Shown here one piece after another: positions 37,561-46,711 of a stretch of 64,000 nt of DNA. The stretch comes from an uncultured Coriobacteriaceae bacterium (GTDB lineage: Bacteria; Actinomycetota; Coriobacteriia; Coriobacteriales; Eggerthellaceae). The stretch is from NCBI GenBank assembly GCA_900539675.1, contig UQDJ01000001.1:39776-103775 (forward strand), read 5' to 3'. Each line of letters opens with the position of its first letter. Position 1 is the first letter of the stretch. Under the pieces are notes generated by a model. It saw nothing but the letters and a program-made list of their open reading frames with translations. It was not told where the DNA came from and ran no database searches. A program made the translations under genes and the position numbers.

Positions 37561-39054
37561 CTATTCACCGGCCTTTCCATCAGCAAAAGCAGGAGCAACC
37601 GGAGCCTCTCCATATACCGTTTCCAATGCCGCCGCTACGCGCAGCATGTTTTCATCCTTAAAGGCGGGGCTGATCAACTGAACGCCTATGGGCATCTGAG
37701 AGGTAGCACCCAGACCAACCGGCATGCTCATGCCGCCGTTACCGGCGATGTTGATCGAAATGGTAAACATGTCAGACAAGTACATCGACGTGGGATCGGA
37801 AATTTCGCCAAACTTAAAGGCGGTACGCGGACTTACCGGAGCAATGATGCAATCCACCTTTTCGTAAGCTTTGGTGTAATCCTGCGTGATCAGTGTGCGA
37901 ACTTGCTGAGCAGGATAGTAATACTTGTCATACACGCCTGCAGAGAGCAAATAGCTGCCCAGCATGATGCGGCGACGTGCCTCAATACCAAATCCCGCTG
38001 CACGAGATTCTTCGTACTGGGTGCCCAAATCCTTGCAGCCCGGCGTGCAATAGCCATAGCGAACCGAGTCAAAGCGAGCCAGGTTGGAAAACGCTTCGCA
38101 CGGACCTAAAACGTAGTAGGCACTCATGGCTGCCTGTGCGTTAGGCAATTCAACCTCAACGATTTCGGCGCCCATTTGGCGCAGATGATCGATAGCTTCT
38201 TCCACTTTTGCCTTAACTTCTGGCTGTAAACCTTCAGCTTCCATAAAGGCAGGAACAACACCAATACGCATGCCAGCAACACCTTCAGCTAGGTTGGCTG
38301 TGAAATCGGTAGTTACCGGCTGGCTGGTGCAGTCAAGCGGATCGTGGCCAGAAAGCGCGTTCATAGCCAGCGCAGCATCTTTTACTGATCGAGCAAACGG
38401 ACCTACCTGGTCAAGCGAAGAACCGAAGGCAACAACGCCATAACGAGAAACCACCCCGTAGGTAGGCTTTACCGCCACAACACCGCAGAAACTGCCCGGC
38501 TGGCGAATGGAGCCACCCGTGTCGGAGCCTAAGGTAATCGTAGCCAAGCCAGCTGCCACAGCAGCAGCTGAACCACCAGAAGAACCACCCGGCACGCGTT
38601 CCAAATCCCAAGGGTTATAGGTGCAACCAAAAGCGGATGTTTCTGTGGAAGAGCCAAATGCGAATTCATCCATATTCAGCTTGCCCAAAGGAATGCCGCC
38701 GGCGTTAATTATTTTCTCTACACAGGTTGCTGTGTAAGGCGACACATAGTTTTCCAGCATCCGAGATGAACAGGTGGTATGGGTGCCCTTCAGATTCATG
38801 TTGTCCTTAAAAGCAACCGGAACACCTGCCAAAGGACCCATCTCATCGAAAGTACCCTCTGAAAGCGCCTTATCAAGAGAAGATGCCGCATCGAGTGCCA
38901 GCTGTTCGGTGGTTTCAAGATAGGCATGCACTGCCTTGTCTGCTGACGCGATACGATCCAAAGAAGCCCTTGCAACTTCTTCAGCGCTAAATTCCTTCGC
39001 CTTCAAGCCTGACTGCAGATCTGCGACCGACATTTCTGCAAACGTTTTTGCCAT
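37561..39054 (-). CDS. gatA: Glutamyl-tRNA(Gln) amidotransferase subunit A (amidase signature)
   Basis: 497 aa; amidase signature GGSSGGSAAAVAAG, catalytic Ser-cisSer-Lys region. Confidence 0.95.
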   Translation of the reverse strand: MAKTFAEMSVADLQSGLKAKEFSAEEVARASLDRIASADKAVHAYLETTEQLALDAASSLDKALSEGTFDEMGPLAGVPVAFKDNMNLKGTHTTCSSRMLENYVSPYTATCVEKIINAGGIPLGKLNMDEFAFGSSTETSAFGCTYNPWDLERVPGGSSGGSAAAVAAGLATITLGSDTGGSIRQPGSFCGVVAVKPTYGVVSRYGVVAFGSSLDQVGPFARSVKDAALAMNALSGHDPLDCTSQPVTTDFTANLAEGVAGMRIGVVPAFMEAEGLQPEVKAKVEEAIDHLRQMGAEIVEVELPNAQAAMSAYYVLGPCEAFSNLARFDSVRYGYCTPGCKDLGTQYEESRAAGFGIEARRRIMLGSYLLSAGVYDKYYYPAQQVRTLITQDYTKAYEKVDCIIAPVSPRTAFKFGEISDPTSMYLSDMFTISINIAGNGGMSMPVGLGATSQMPIGVQLISPAFKDENMLRVAAALETVYGEAPVAPAFADGKAGE

Positions 39055-39362
39055 TACTGGTCACCTCCGCCCAGAATTGCCGGAATAAGAAAGCTGCCAT
39101 CCTGCTGCTTGGGCGCGTTGGCCAGCGCTTCTTCCTGCGTGAAGCTTTTACCCTCCACGTCTTCGCGCATGACATTGGACAAATTGCCAATAGGATGAAA
39201 CGTGGGCTCGACGCCCTCAAGATCGTATTCCGTAATAGGTTTCAGGCTTTCGATGATGTTGTTCAGGTCTTCCGTCATGGAAACCACTTCATCGTCTGTC
39301 AGCCCGATGCGTGCGTACGTGGCAATGTCACGCACATCCTTTTCGGTGAGATGTTGAGTCAT
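39054..39362 (-). CDS. gatC: Glutamyl-tRNA(Gln) amidotransferase subunit C
   Basis: MTQHLTEKDVRDIATYARIGLTDDEVVSMTEDLNNIIESL... ; start at ATG 39362 with RBS gaaggaa; overlaps gatA start (ATGA). Confidence 0.85.
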   Translation of the reverse strand: MTQHLTEKDVRDIATYARIGLTDDEVVSMTEDLNNIIESLKPITEYDLEGVEPTFHPIGNLSNVMREDVEGKSFTQEEALANAPKQQDGSFLIPAILGGGDQ

Positions 39363-39515
39363 GATGTTCCTTCGCTTACGTTGCTTTATTGCACAGAAAC
39401 GCACAGGGCGCACTGCACTGCGATAAGATCTCTCCCATGATAGCAAAAGGCACCGCCGCCCTTAGGGCGCTAAGCTGTCAGGAAGAGAAAAGTTCACGGA
39501 ACTTTAGTGATTCAT

Positions 39516-40316
39516 TTAACTTGTCTGCTGACTTGAAGGCAGTGGACTTAAGGGTTCACGCACAATAGGCATGATGCCGCGCGTAATATCATCCCATACA
39601 TCAAAGGCAGCATCGGACGAATCGATGGTAACTACCACCTTGCCCACCGTACCTTCAGCACGAATTTCGCTATAAAACACCGACGGTTCGGTAACAATGT
39701 GCGCGTGTTTTTCGGCAGCATCGTGAGCCACCTTGATCACACGTGCCGCCACCGAATCCAGGTCATCAGGCACGGTAACCATGAAAGGTACACTGACCCG
39801 TTCGATCGGCAAACGATGGATAACCGTATTTTTGGAAAGAACCGAGTTGGGAATAATAATGAGCTCGCCTAAGGTATTCTTGATCGTGGTCTGTCGCCAC
39901 GTTACATCCTGAACCACACCCGTCGTACCACCTACCTCGATATTGTCCCCGGGTTGCACGATACGCATAAACAGAATCTGGATGCCGCCAATCAAATTGG
40001 ACAAGGTGTCTTGAAAGCCCAGCGACAAAGCAATACCGCCAACGCCCAACGCGGCAATAACCGCAGTCATATTCACGTTAAAGCATGAATCTAAAATGAC
40101 GCACAAGCCAATGCCCCAAATAACACCGCGCGCGATGTTAATCAGCAGCGTGTTTTGCGGCAGCGACGTGTCATCACGCTGCATCAGATGACGCAGCCAT
40201 TTCACCACAACGTGCGAAATGCCAGCCACAATGAGTACGATGACTAAAGCAGCAAGTGCCTTACCGATGAATTCACCACCGGTCAGCTGAGTGATGGTTT
40301 GTTGCAACTCGTCCAT
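39516..40316 (-). CDS. Small-conductance mechanosensitive channel (MscS family)
   Basis: 266 aa; N-terminal TMs then MscS beta-domain (...IRVGDNIEVGGTTGVVQDVTWRQTTIKNTLGELIIIPNS...). Confidence 0.8.
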   Translation of the reverse strand: MDELQQTITQLTGGEFIGKALAALVIVLIVAGISHVVVKWLRHLMQRDDTSLPQNTLLINIARGVIWGIGLCVILDSCFNVNMTAVIAALGVGGIALSLGFQDTLSNLIGGIQILFMRIVQPGDNIEVGGTTGVVQDVTWRQTTIKNTLGELIIIPNSVLSKNTVIHRLPIERVSVPFMVTVPDDLDSVAARVIKVAHDAAEKHAHIVTEPSVFYSEIRAEGTVGKVVVTIDSSDAAFDVWDDITRGIMPIVREPLSPLPSSQQTS

Positions 40317-40512
40317 AGTTCCCTTTCAGAATTGTGGGACCTTTCATATGTGACATGGCTCACGTGCCCCTTGGCTTGAACATGCGCTTTCACCTTGTGT
40401 CAAATTTCTGTGTCAAATTTCGTCACTTATTTTGAGCCACTCTTTTTTTGAAATTGTGACACCTTTTGGGCTTCTATTATCGTTGCACTTAAATGTCACA
40501 ATCAACGCTATC

Positions 40513-41127
40513 ATGGAAACTCCGAATGAAGAGAAGGGTCCTCCTATGAACTACAACTTAGTTGAATTCCAAGGAGCGTATGGCACCTCCGCACAAATCC
40601 CTGCCTCCGTACGCCCGGAAGTATCATTTGTGGGCCGCTCAAACGTGGGAAAGTCTTCCCTAATCAATCGATTGTTTAACCGTAAGAAGTTGGCGAAGGT
40701 TTCCTCTATGCCCGGAAAAACCTCCACGATCAATTTCTTTACCACTGATGACATTGATTTTGTTGATCTGCCCGGCTATGGTTACGCAAAAGTGGCGAAA
40801 AGCGAAAAAGCACGCTGGTCAGAAATGATCAATGGATACTTTGATCAGTACCGCTTCTATGCACTGGTGGTATCTCTTATTGACATCCGCCATCCCGCCA
40901 CCAAGCTGGATGAACAGATGATCGAGTTTTTGCGTGCTTGCGAGTTGCCCTTTATCATTGCACTCACTAAGGCAGATAAACTGAGTAAATCGCAGGCGTT
41001 GCGTCAACAGGCCGCTATTCGTAAACAGCTGCAGTTACCCAATACTATTCCCTGTGTCATCTGCTCCTCAGAAAACGGTACCGGCTTTGATGAGCTACGC
41101 TCGCTCATCGAGGAAGCCTGTAAATAG
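40513..41127 (+). CDS. engB: Ribosome biogenesis GTPase EngB/YihA/YsxC
   Basis: FVGRSNVGKSSLINRL (G1), DLPGYGYAKV (G3), TKADKL (G4). Start ambiguous between ATG 40513 and ATG 40546. Confidence 0.85.
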   Translation: METPNEEKGPPMNYNLVEFQGAYGTSAQIPASVRPEVSFVGRSNVGKSSLINRLFNRKKLAKVSSMPGKTSTINFFTTDDIDFVDLPGYGYAKVAKSEKARWSEMINGYFDQYRFYALVVSLIDIRHPATKLDEQMIEFLRACELPFIIALTKADKLSKSQALRQQAAIRKQLQLPNTIPCVICSSENGTGFDELRSLIEEACK

Positions 41128-41193
41128 ATACGCGCAACTAGATGCCTTTCTATAGAGGCCCGGCTGTTCACTAAAACCTATCTAAGGAACACC

Positions 41194-41670
41194 ATGAATG
41201 TAATTCTTTATAGTGATGGATCTTCGCGTGGAAACCCCGGTCCGGGCGGCTATGGCAGCATTTTGCGCTACACCAATCCTGAGGGGCGCACCTTCGAGCG
41301 CGAGTTTTCGCAAGGATACGTAAAGACTACCAACAATCGTATGGAGCTACTCGGAGTCATCGTGGGCCTTGAAGCGCTTAATCGACCCTGCACGGTAGAA
41401 GTGTATACCGACTCTCAGTACGTGGTGAACGCCTTCAATCAACACTGGGTTGAAGGCTGGCTTAAACGTGGCTGGAAAAATGCCAAAAAAGACCCTGTTA
41501 AGAACGTGGATTTATGGAAGCGTCTCCTGCAGGCTAAAAAGCCCCACCGGGTGTCCTTCCACTGGGTGAAAGGACACGCCGGCCATCCCGAAAATGAGCG
41601 CTGCGATACGCTGGCGACAGCAGCAGCGGATGGATCAGATAAGCTGATCGATGAAGGATGCACAAAATAG
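41194..41670 (+). CDS. rnhA: Ribonuclease HI
   Basis: 158 aa; [16 protein letters not shown]...NNRMEL...VYTDSQYV...[15 protein letters not shown] - DEDD catalytic residues. Confidence 0.9.
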   Translation: MNVILYSDGSSRGNPGPGGYGSILRYTNPEGRTFEREFSQGYVKTTNNRMELLGVIVGLEALNRPCTVEVYTDSQYVVNAFNQHWVEGWLKRGWKNAKKDPVKNVDLWKRLLQAKKPHRVSFHWVKGHAGHPENERCDTLATAAADGSDKLIDEGCTK

Positions 41671-41724
41671 CCCACTGATGTCGCCCCAAGCACGTTGTCT
41701 AGGTGCGTTCTCTAAGCACGTTCT

Positions 41725-42960
41725 CTAAGCGCGCTGCTCTTCGCGGATATCCATGATTTCTGCTAAGCCTTGAACGCGCGTTTCGAACTGAGCCTGACTA
41801 AAGACCCGTGGGTCAGCCTGGTCAGCATCGAAGGTTGCATAGGGCAGGCCGCGTTCCTTAACCAGTTGACGCTGCATTTCAAACATGATGCCTACCCAGG
41901 GCTTGCAGCTGCGCATAACGTTGCACAGCACACCGTCGCAGTGATAATCGTCCAACATCTGAACACGATAATCGCGACCCAGCTCAATGCCGGTTGCATT
42001 ATTGGTGCTGGCATACTTTTCGCACATGTCATACAGGTCGGTAAAACTTACGCCGTAATTGCCGCAGTAAGGCGTACCCACCAAGTTGATGCCATTTTTC
42101 GCCAGCGTCTCAGAGTTGCTGCGCAAATACGGCCAACAGCACAACCCATCGAACATAATGCGATGTTTTTCTTCCCCATCAAAGCTAGATTCGCCCTTGG
42201 CAATTTTGTCCTTTAACTCATCGATATACATGCGCAACACTTCGGTGGTTTCCTTGCGACCACGAGCGATAACCATCAAGGCCATGTAGTTGTACGCATC
42301 AAAGCCGCTCACCGGCGAAGGCTTGGTCTTGCCAATCAAATCCAGCGCTTCCTGGAATAGCTTGCCGTTTAAGCTGGACGTTTCCATAACGTCTTGGAAG
42401 CGATCGTAATCGAATTGTTTGCCGGTAATCTTTTCCAGCTGATCAACGACGCTTTGGATCTGCTTCTTGATATAGAGGATCTTGTCCTTCTTATAGTATC
42501 CGTCGGTGTTATACGGGATGTCGAACATAATCAGTGGAATATCCAGCTTCCACGCCAAGTTTTCGTACCACTTCAGCACGGTGGTACAAATATTGTTGCA
42601 GACACACAAAAAGTCTGGCTGGGGAATATCAAGGCCAAACCCGAACTCCTCTTCGCGCTCCACGAAGCCCAAATTAATGCGCGCATATGAACACAAGTCC
42701 ATCGAATAACCCAGGCTTTCAGCCTTCTCACAGAACGGGATAGCACCCTTATGTGCCGCAACCGCTGCCGCATGGTTTTCTGGATAGATGACATTCAGGT
42801 CGAACACTTCAAAGATTTCCTTCGGGAAATTCGACGTCGAAAAGCCAGCCGGCAATCCTGCTGCCTTTGCATCGCGCGCCTGCTGGTACAAATCCCCCGT
42901 CACTTCCTTCATGCGTGCGCGTGCAGGAGAGTACTTTTTGCTGTTTTTGTCTACTGCCAT
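41725..42960 (-). CDS. 2-hydroxyacyl-CoA dehydratase family, alpha (HgdA/HadB-like) subunit
   Basis: 411 aa; N-terminus ...FPKEIFEVFDLNVIYPENHAAAVAAHKG...DLCSYARINLGF parallels HgdA (…YPENQAA…D.CGYAR..L). Confidence 0.8.
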   Translation of the reverse strand: MAVDKNSKKYSPARARMKEVTGDLYQQARDAKAAGLPAGFSTSNFPKEIFEVFDLNVIYPENHAAAVAAHKGAIPFCEKAESLGYSMDLCSYARINLGFVEREEEFGFGLDIPQPDFLCVCNNICTTVLKWYENLAWKLDIPLIMFDIPYNTDGYYKKDKILYIKKQIQSVVDQLEKITGKQFDYDRFQDVMETSSLNGKLFQEALDLIGKTKPSPVSGFDAYNYMALMVIARGRKETTEVLRMYIDELKDKIAKGESSFDGEEKHRIMFDGLCCWPYLRSNSETLAKNGINLVGTPYCGNYGVSFTDLYDMCEKYASTNNATGIELGRDYRVQMLDDYHCDGVLCNVMRSCKPWVGIMFEMQRQLVKERGLPYATFDADQADPRVFSQAQFETRVQGLAEIMDIREEQRA

Positions 42961-42974
42961 TGTTAACCCCCCCC

Positions 42975-44102
42975 TTAAGCAAGCATTTCCGCAAACGCCT
43001 GAATACGCGTTGCTGCCTGTTCATTGATATGATCCTGCTGCGCCGTTTCAATATACAAAACCGGAATATCGGCTGCTGCCAACTGCTGCTTGAGTACCGG
43101 ATAGTCGTACTCTTCTTCCTCGCAGAACTTCGTCACATCAATAAGAGCACCGTCAGCCTTGCGATCCTTTGCCAGGGCCACCAGGGCGTCGCCGCGCTTC
43201 TTGTGCGGATCAAGCGCAACAGAGGTATTCTGCACATCCAGCCATACATGTGCCAGCGTTACAAACGGATCCACGTTGCCCGGTGCGTTTTGCGCGAATC
43301 GGACCGATTCAGAGGTAATAACATCACCAACAATGGCCATGTTGCGCTTTTCAAGCTCATCTAAAAGCGGCTTAGAATCAAGCAAAATTGCAGTGCTTAC
43401 CAAGCGAATTCCCTTGAACTGATCTGCCGGCAACGCCTTCAACTCGCCGATGATCTGCTGAACCTTTTCCGTGTGGATGTCAACCGGCATAGTCTGTGCC
43501 GCCTTGTACACCACATGGCGCAACCACGGCGTTACCACATCAACATGCTGAGCTGCCACTTCGGAAAATTCACGCATAACTTCACGCTGACGGTTATAGC
43601 GGTTGATGCTCGCTCGCAATGCTTTGTCGGTAATTTCACAACCAGAAATTTGCTCAAGCTTTTGAGCCACTTCTCGCAATTCGGTAATGAAATACTCTTC
43701 CGCCGCTGGATGCTCACGATTTACGGGCTGTACCAAGCTCATTACTGGCATGTTCTCAACGCCGAACTTCCAGTTCTCTTCCAAATTGCGCAAGCCATCA
43801 CAGGTGGTCGGAATGATAACGCCGGAAAGAAAATCATATTCTTTATTGAGCGCACGCTCCATCAGCGTAACCAAAACCGAACAATAAAACGCCGGATAGT
43901 AGCCTGTCGCCTTGGAGATTTCCGTATCGCCACCCCATAACTCCAGCGGATACATCCCCGCAGCATCCACCAGTTCATAAGGAGCAAAATACGGAATACA
44001 TCCTATGGCTTTTTGATCGGGCTTCCTGTAGCACTCAAATGCACGCTGCGGATCCCCTGCAGCGCGTTCAAGCTCATCGAATAGTGCTTGTAACGTATTC
44101 AT
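42975..44102 (-). CDS. 2-hydroxyacyl-CoA dehydratase family, beta (HgdB/HadC-like) subunit
   Basis: 375 aa; Cys-containing ...IGCIPYFAPYELVDAAG...TTCDGLRN; size and position after activator as in hadI-B-C/hgdC-A-B clusters. Confidence 0.75.
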   Translation of the reverse strand: MNTLQALFDELERAAGDPQRAFECYRKPDQKAIGCIPYFAPYELVDAAGMYPLELWGGDTEISKATGYYPAFYCSVLVTLMERALNKEYDFLSGVIIPTTCDGLRNLEENWKFGVENMPVMSLVQPVNREHPAAEEYFITELREVAQKLEQISGCEITDKALRASINRYNRQREVMREFSEVAAQHVDVVTPWLRHVVYKAAQTMPVDIHTEKVQQIIGELKALPADQFKGIRLVSTAILLDSKPLLDELEKRNMAIVGDVITSESVRFAQNAPGNVDPFVTLAHVWLDVQNTSVALDPHKKRGDALVALAKDRKADGALIDVTKFCEEEEYDYPVLKQQLAAADIPVLYIETAQQDHINEQAATRIQAFAEMLA

Positions 44103-44185
44103 TTGTAATTCTCCCTCTGCTTACTCCCTCTCAATAACTGCATCGTCTTCGCCAAATTCAGATGTGCATCCCCAATCCCAGCACA

Positions 44186-44974
44186 TCAATCTTTCAGCAT
44201 ACGCTTCATCTTACGATACCCCTGAAGCGCAGCGCCAATAGCGCCAGCTAGCTGACAATCTTTAGGAACCGTAATCGTGACCCCAAGTTCTCGTTCGAGC
44301 GCATGCACAATACCCTTGTTTTGAGCAACGCCACCGCTCATACCTACCGGTTCCATCACGCCTAAACGACGCGCCAATCCCGCTGTACGCTGAGCACACG
44401 AATTATGAATACCGGCCACAATATCAGGAATTGTACGCCCTTCGGCCAACTGCGAAATGACCTCCGATTCCGCGAACACCGTACAGGTGGAGCTGATCTT
44501 TACCGGATCGGTTGCCTGGGCATCTAAATCACCCAGGCTCTCAACACTTGTTTCCAGCACTTCAGCCATAACATCCAAAAATCTGCCGGTACCTGCAGCA
44601 CATTTTTCGTTCATGACGAAATTATCCAGCTGACCTGTTTCGTCAAGGCGCATAACCTTCACGTCTTGGCCGCCAATATCAATGATAGTTCTTACGCCAG
44701 CTAACAAATGCTGCATTCCCAAGGCATGACAAGTCAGTTCGCTGATTTCGGCATCCGCCTGTTCGAAACGCTGGCGACCGTATCCCGTGGCAACCGTGCG
44801 GGCAATACCATCCCAGCTAAGCTGCGCTTTTTCGAATAGATCAGAAATAACGCGCGCAGCGCCACTCGTACCTGCACCACGGGCATACAGCGATGACGCC
44901 ACAATGGTGTCACCATCTTGCAAAATGACCGCCTTGGTGGAGGTTGAGCCTATATCAATCCCAAGGGTATACAT
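44186..44974 (-). CDS. CoA-substrate-specific enzyme activase (HgdC/HadI/BcrAD ATPase family)
   Basis: 262 aa; MYTLGIDIGSTSTKAVIL... acetate/sugar kinase-fold ATPase with conserved Cys (NEKCAAGTGRF, SSTCTVFAES) for the bridging [4Fe-4S]. Confidence 0.85.
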   Translation of the reverse strand: MYTLGIDIGSTSTKAVILQDGDTIVASSLYARGAGTSGAARVISDLFEKAQLSWDGIARTVATGYGRQRFEQADAEISELTCHALGMQHLLAGVRTIIDIGGQDVKVMRLDETGQLDNFVMNEKCAAGTGRFLDVMAEVLETSVESLGDLDAQATDPVKISSTCTVFAESEVISQLAEGRTIPDIVAGIHNSCAQRTAGLARRLGVMEPVGMSGGVAQNKGIVHALERELGVTITVPKDCQLAGAIGAALQGYRKMKRMLKD

Positions 44975-45003
44975 GCATTACCCCTTCACGTGTGTTGTTT
45001 TAG

Positions 45004-45112
45004 CGACGCCCCATAGGGCAGCACCTCATTGGGTGTTACCTCAACGGGCAGCACCTTATTAGGTGCCACCTCATAAGGTAACACTTCATTGGGTGAGATC
45101 TCATTGACACCT
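45004..45112. repeat. Tandem array of 7 x 15-bp repeats (consensus GYRNCACCTCATTGG) between dehydrogenase and activase genes
   Basis: gcgacgccccatagg gcagcacctcattgg gtgttacctcaacgg gcagcaccttattag gtgccacctcataag gtaacacttcattgg gtgagatctcattga; abuts the stop codon of the upstream gene. Confidence 0.85.
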
Positions 45113-46279
45113 TTAGATCATACGCACGCGACGCACGCCTTCAATAGCGCGAATTTTAGCCATCGCTTCATCGCTTGCCGGCTGATCTAGATCAATCAGC
45201 GTATACGCATGATTGCCGCGTGCCTTATTCATCAGGTTGGCAATGTTGACGTTATCTTCGCCCAAAACGTTGGTAATCTGACCAATCATATTTGGAACGT
45301 TGGCATGCAGCATAGCCAAACGGGTCATACCCGCTGGGCACACGCCCATATCACATGCAGGATAGTTCACCGAATTGGTAATGTTGCCATTTTCGAAGTA
45401 ATCGACCATTTCGCGCACGGCCATGATGGCGCAGTTATCTTCAGCTTCTGCCGTAGAAGCGCCCAGATGAGGCATGACCACCGTATTTTTGAGCCTCATA
45501 ACCTCAGGCGTTGCAAAGTCGGTGATATACATCTTCACACGACCGGAATCTAGCACCACAGAAAGCGCCGCAGTATCTACTAGCGTTTCGCGCGAAAAGT
45601 TCAGCAGAACCACGCCTTCCTTCATGAGAGAACACGTATGGGCATCAATCATGCCAACAGTATCCTTGAGTGCGGGAACATGAATGGTGATGTAGTCGCA
45701 GGTGCGGAAAATGTCCGCTAAATCAGTGATGTGATGAACGGGGCTCGAAATTTTCCATGCAGCGCTTACCGAGACAAAGGGGTCATAGCCATACACATCC
45801 ATGCCCAGCTCAACGGCAGCATTGGCCACTTCGGCACCCACAGCGCCCAAGCCAATAACGCCAAGCTTCTTACCTTTAATTTCTTGGCCAGCAAACTGCT
45901 TTTTAACCTTTTCTGCCGCCTTGGCAATATTTTCATCGTCAGCATGTTCGCGGCACCATTCAATGCCATCCAAAATGCCACGGCTACCTAAAAGCAGCGA
46001 ACAGATAATAATTTCCTTGACTGCGTTGGCATTGGCACCCGGTGTGTTGAATACCACAATGCCCTCTTCAGCACAGCGATCCAAAGGAATGTTGTTCACC
46101 CCTGCGCCGGCACGAGCAATAGCACGCAGGCCAGCAGGAAACTTCATATCGTGCATGGCCGCACTGCGCACCAGAATGCCTTCGGCATCTTCTAGATTAT
46201 CGGTGAGCGCATACTTTGCAGGATCCAGCAGATCCGTACCATGCTTAGAAATGTTGTTCAGACAATGAATAAGCCTCAT
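45113..46279 (-). CDS. D-isomer-specific 2-hydroxyacid dehydrogenase (SerA-like, with C-terminal ACT domain)
   Basis: 388 aa; NAD-binding GLGAVGAEVANAAVELGMDV, catalytic ...MPHLGAST...; ACT-like C-terminus (NIANLMNKARGNHAYTLIDLD). Confidence 0.8.
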   Translation of the reverse strand: MRLIHCLNNISKHGTDLLDPAKYALTDNLEDAEGILVRSAAMHDMKFPAGLRAIARAGAGVNNIPLDRCAEEGIVVFNTPGANANAVKEIIICSLLLGSRGILDGIEWCREHADDENIAKAAEKVKKQFAGQEIKGKKLGVIGLGAVGAEVANAAVELGMDVYGYDPFVSVSAAWKISSPVHHITDLADIFRTCDYITIHVPALKDTVGMIDAHTCSLMKEGVVLLNFSRETLVDTAALSVVLDSGRVKMYITDFATPEVMRLKNTVVMPHLGASTAEAEDNCAIMAVREMVDYFENGNITNSVNYPACDMGVCPAGMTRLAMLHANVPNMIGQITNVLGEDNVNIANLMNKARGNHAYTLIDLDQPASDEAMAKIRAIEGVRRVRMI

Positions 46280-46390
46280 AGTGGGGAGCTCCTTTGAATG
46301 ATGTTTATCAAGTTCAGCACGTGCATATTCCGGACAGAGTTCATCCTCTGTGCAGCATAGATGCCATCACCATCATACAGAAGAGCAATA

Positions 46391-46413
46391 AAAAAGCGCC
46401 CCGAAGGGCGCTT
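46391..46413 (-). terminator. Rho-independent terminator downstream of tRNA-Leu (aagcgcccttcggggcgcttttt on minus strand)
   Basis: Perfect GC stem with UUCG-type loop and U-tract. Confidence 0.6.
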
Positions 46414-46423
46414 AGATGTTCAA

Positions 46424-46510
46424 TGGTGCGGGTGAAAGGACTTGAACCTTCATGAGCCGGAGCTCATACGGACCTGAACCGTACGCGTCTGCCAATTCCG
46501 CCACACCCGC
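46424..46510 (-). tRNA. tRNA-Leu (anticodon CAG), type II with long variable arm
   Basis: Minus strand gcgggtgtggcggaattggcagacgcgtacggttCAGgtccgta...ggttcaagtcctttcacccgcacca; 7-bp acceptor, anticodon loop uuCAGgu, encoded CCA. Confidence 0.85.
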
Positions 46511-46711
46511 ATATCAAAAGTGCGAAAGCTAATTTATCGTAGTCGACCGCTCAGTGCAAGGGAAAAATCAAGGAAATATGAGATTTTTTCTTAACCCTAT
46601 ACAAATTTTATCGTGGCGATGGGGTGAAATCGTTCCGCTCAGGGTTCTGTTATGGCATGATTGACCATTGGAAAATCGTGCCGTAGATAGAAGACCGTGA
46701 GGAGATCAAAC

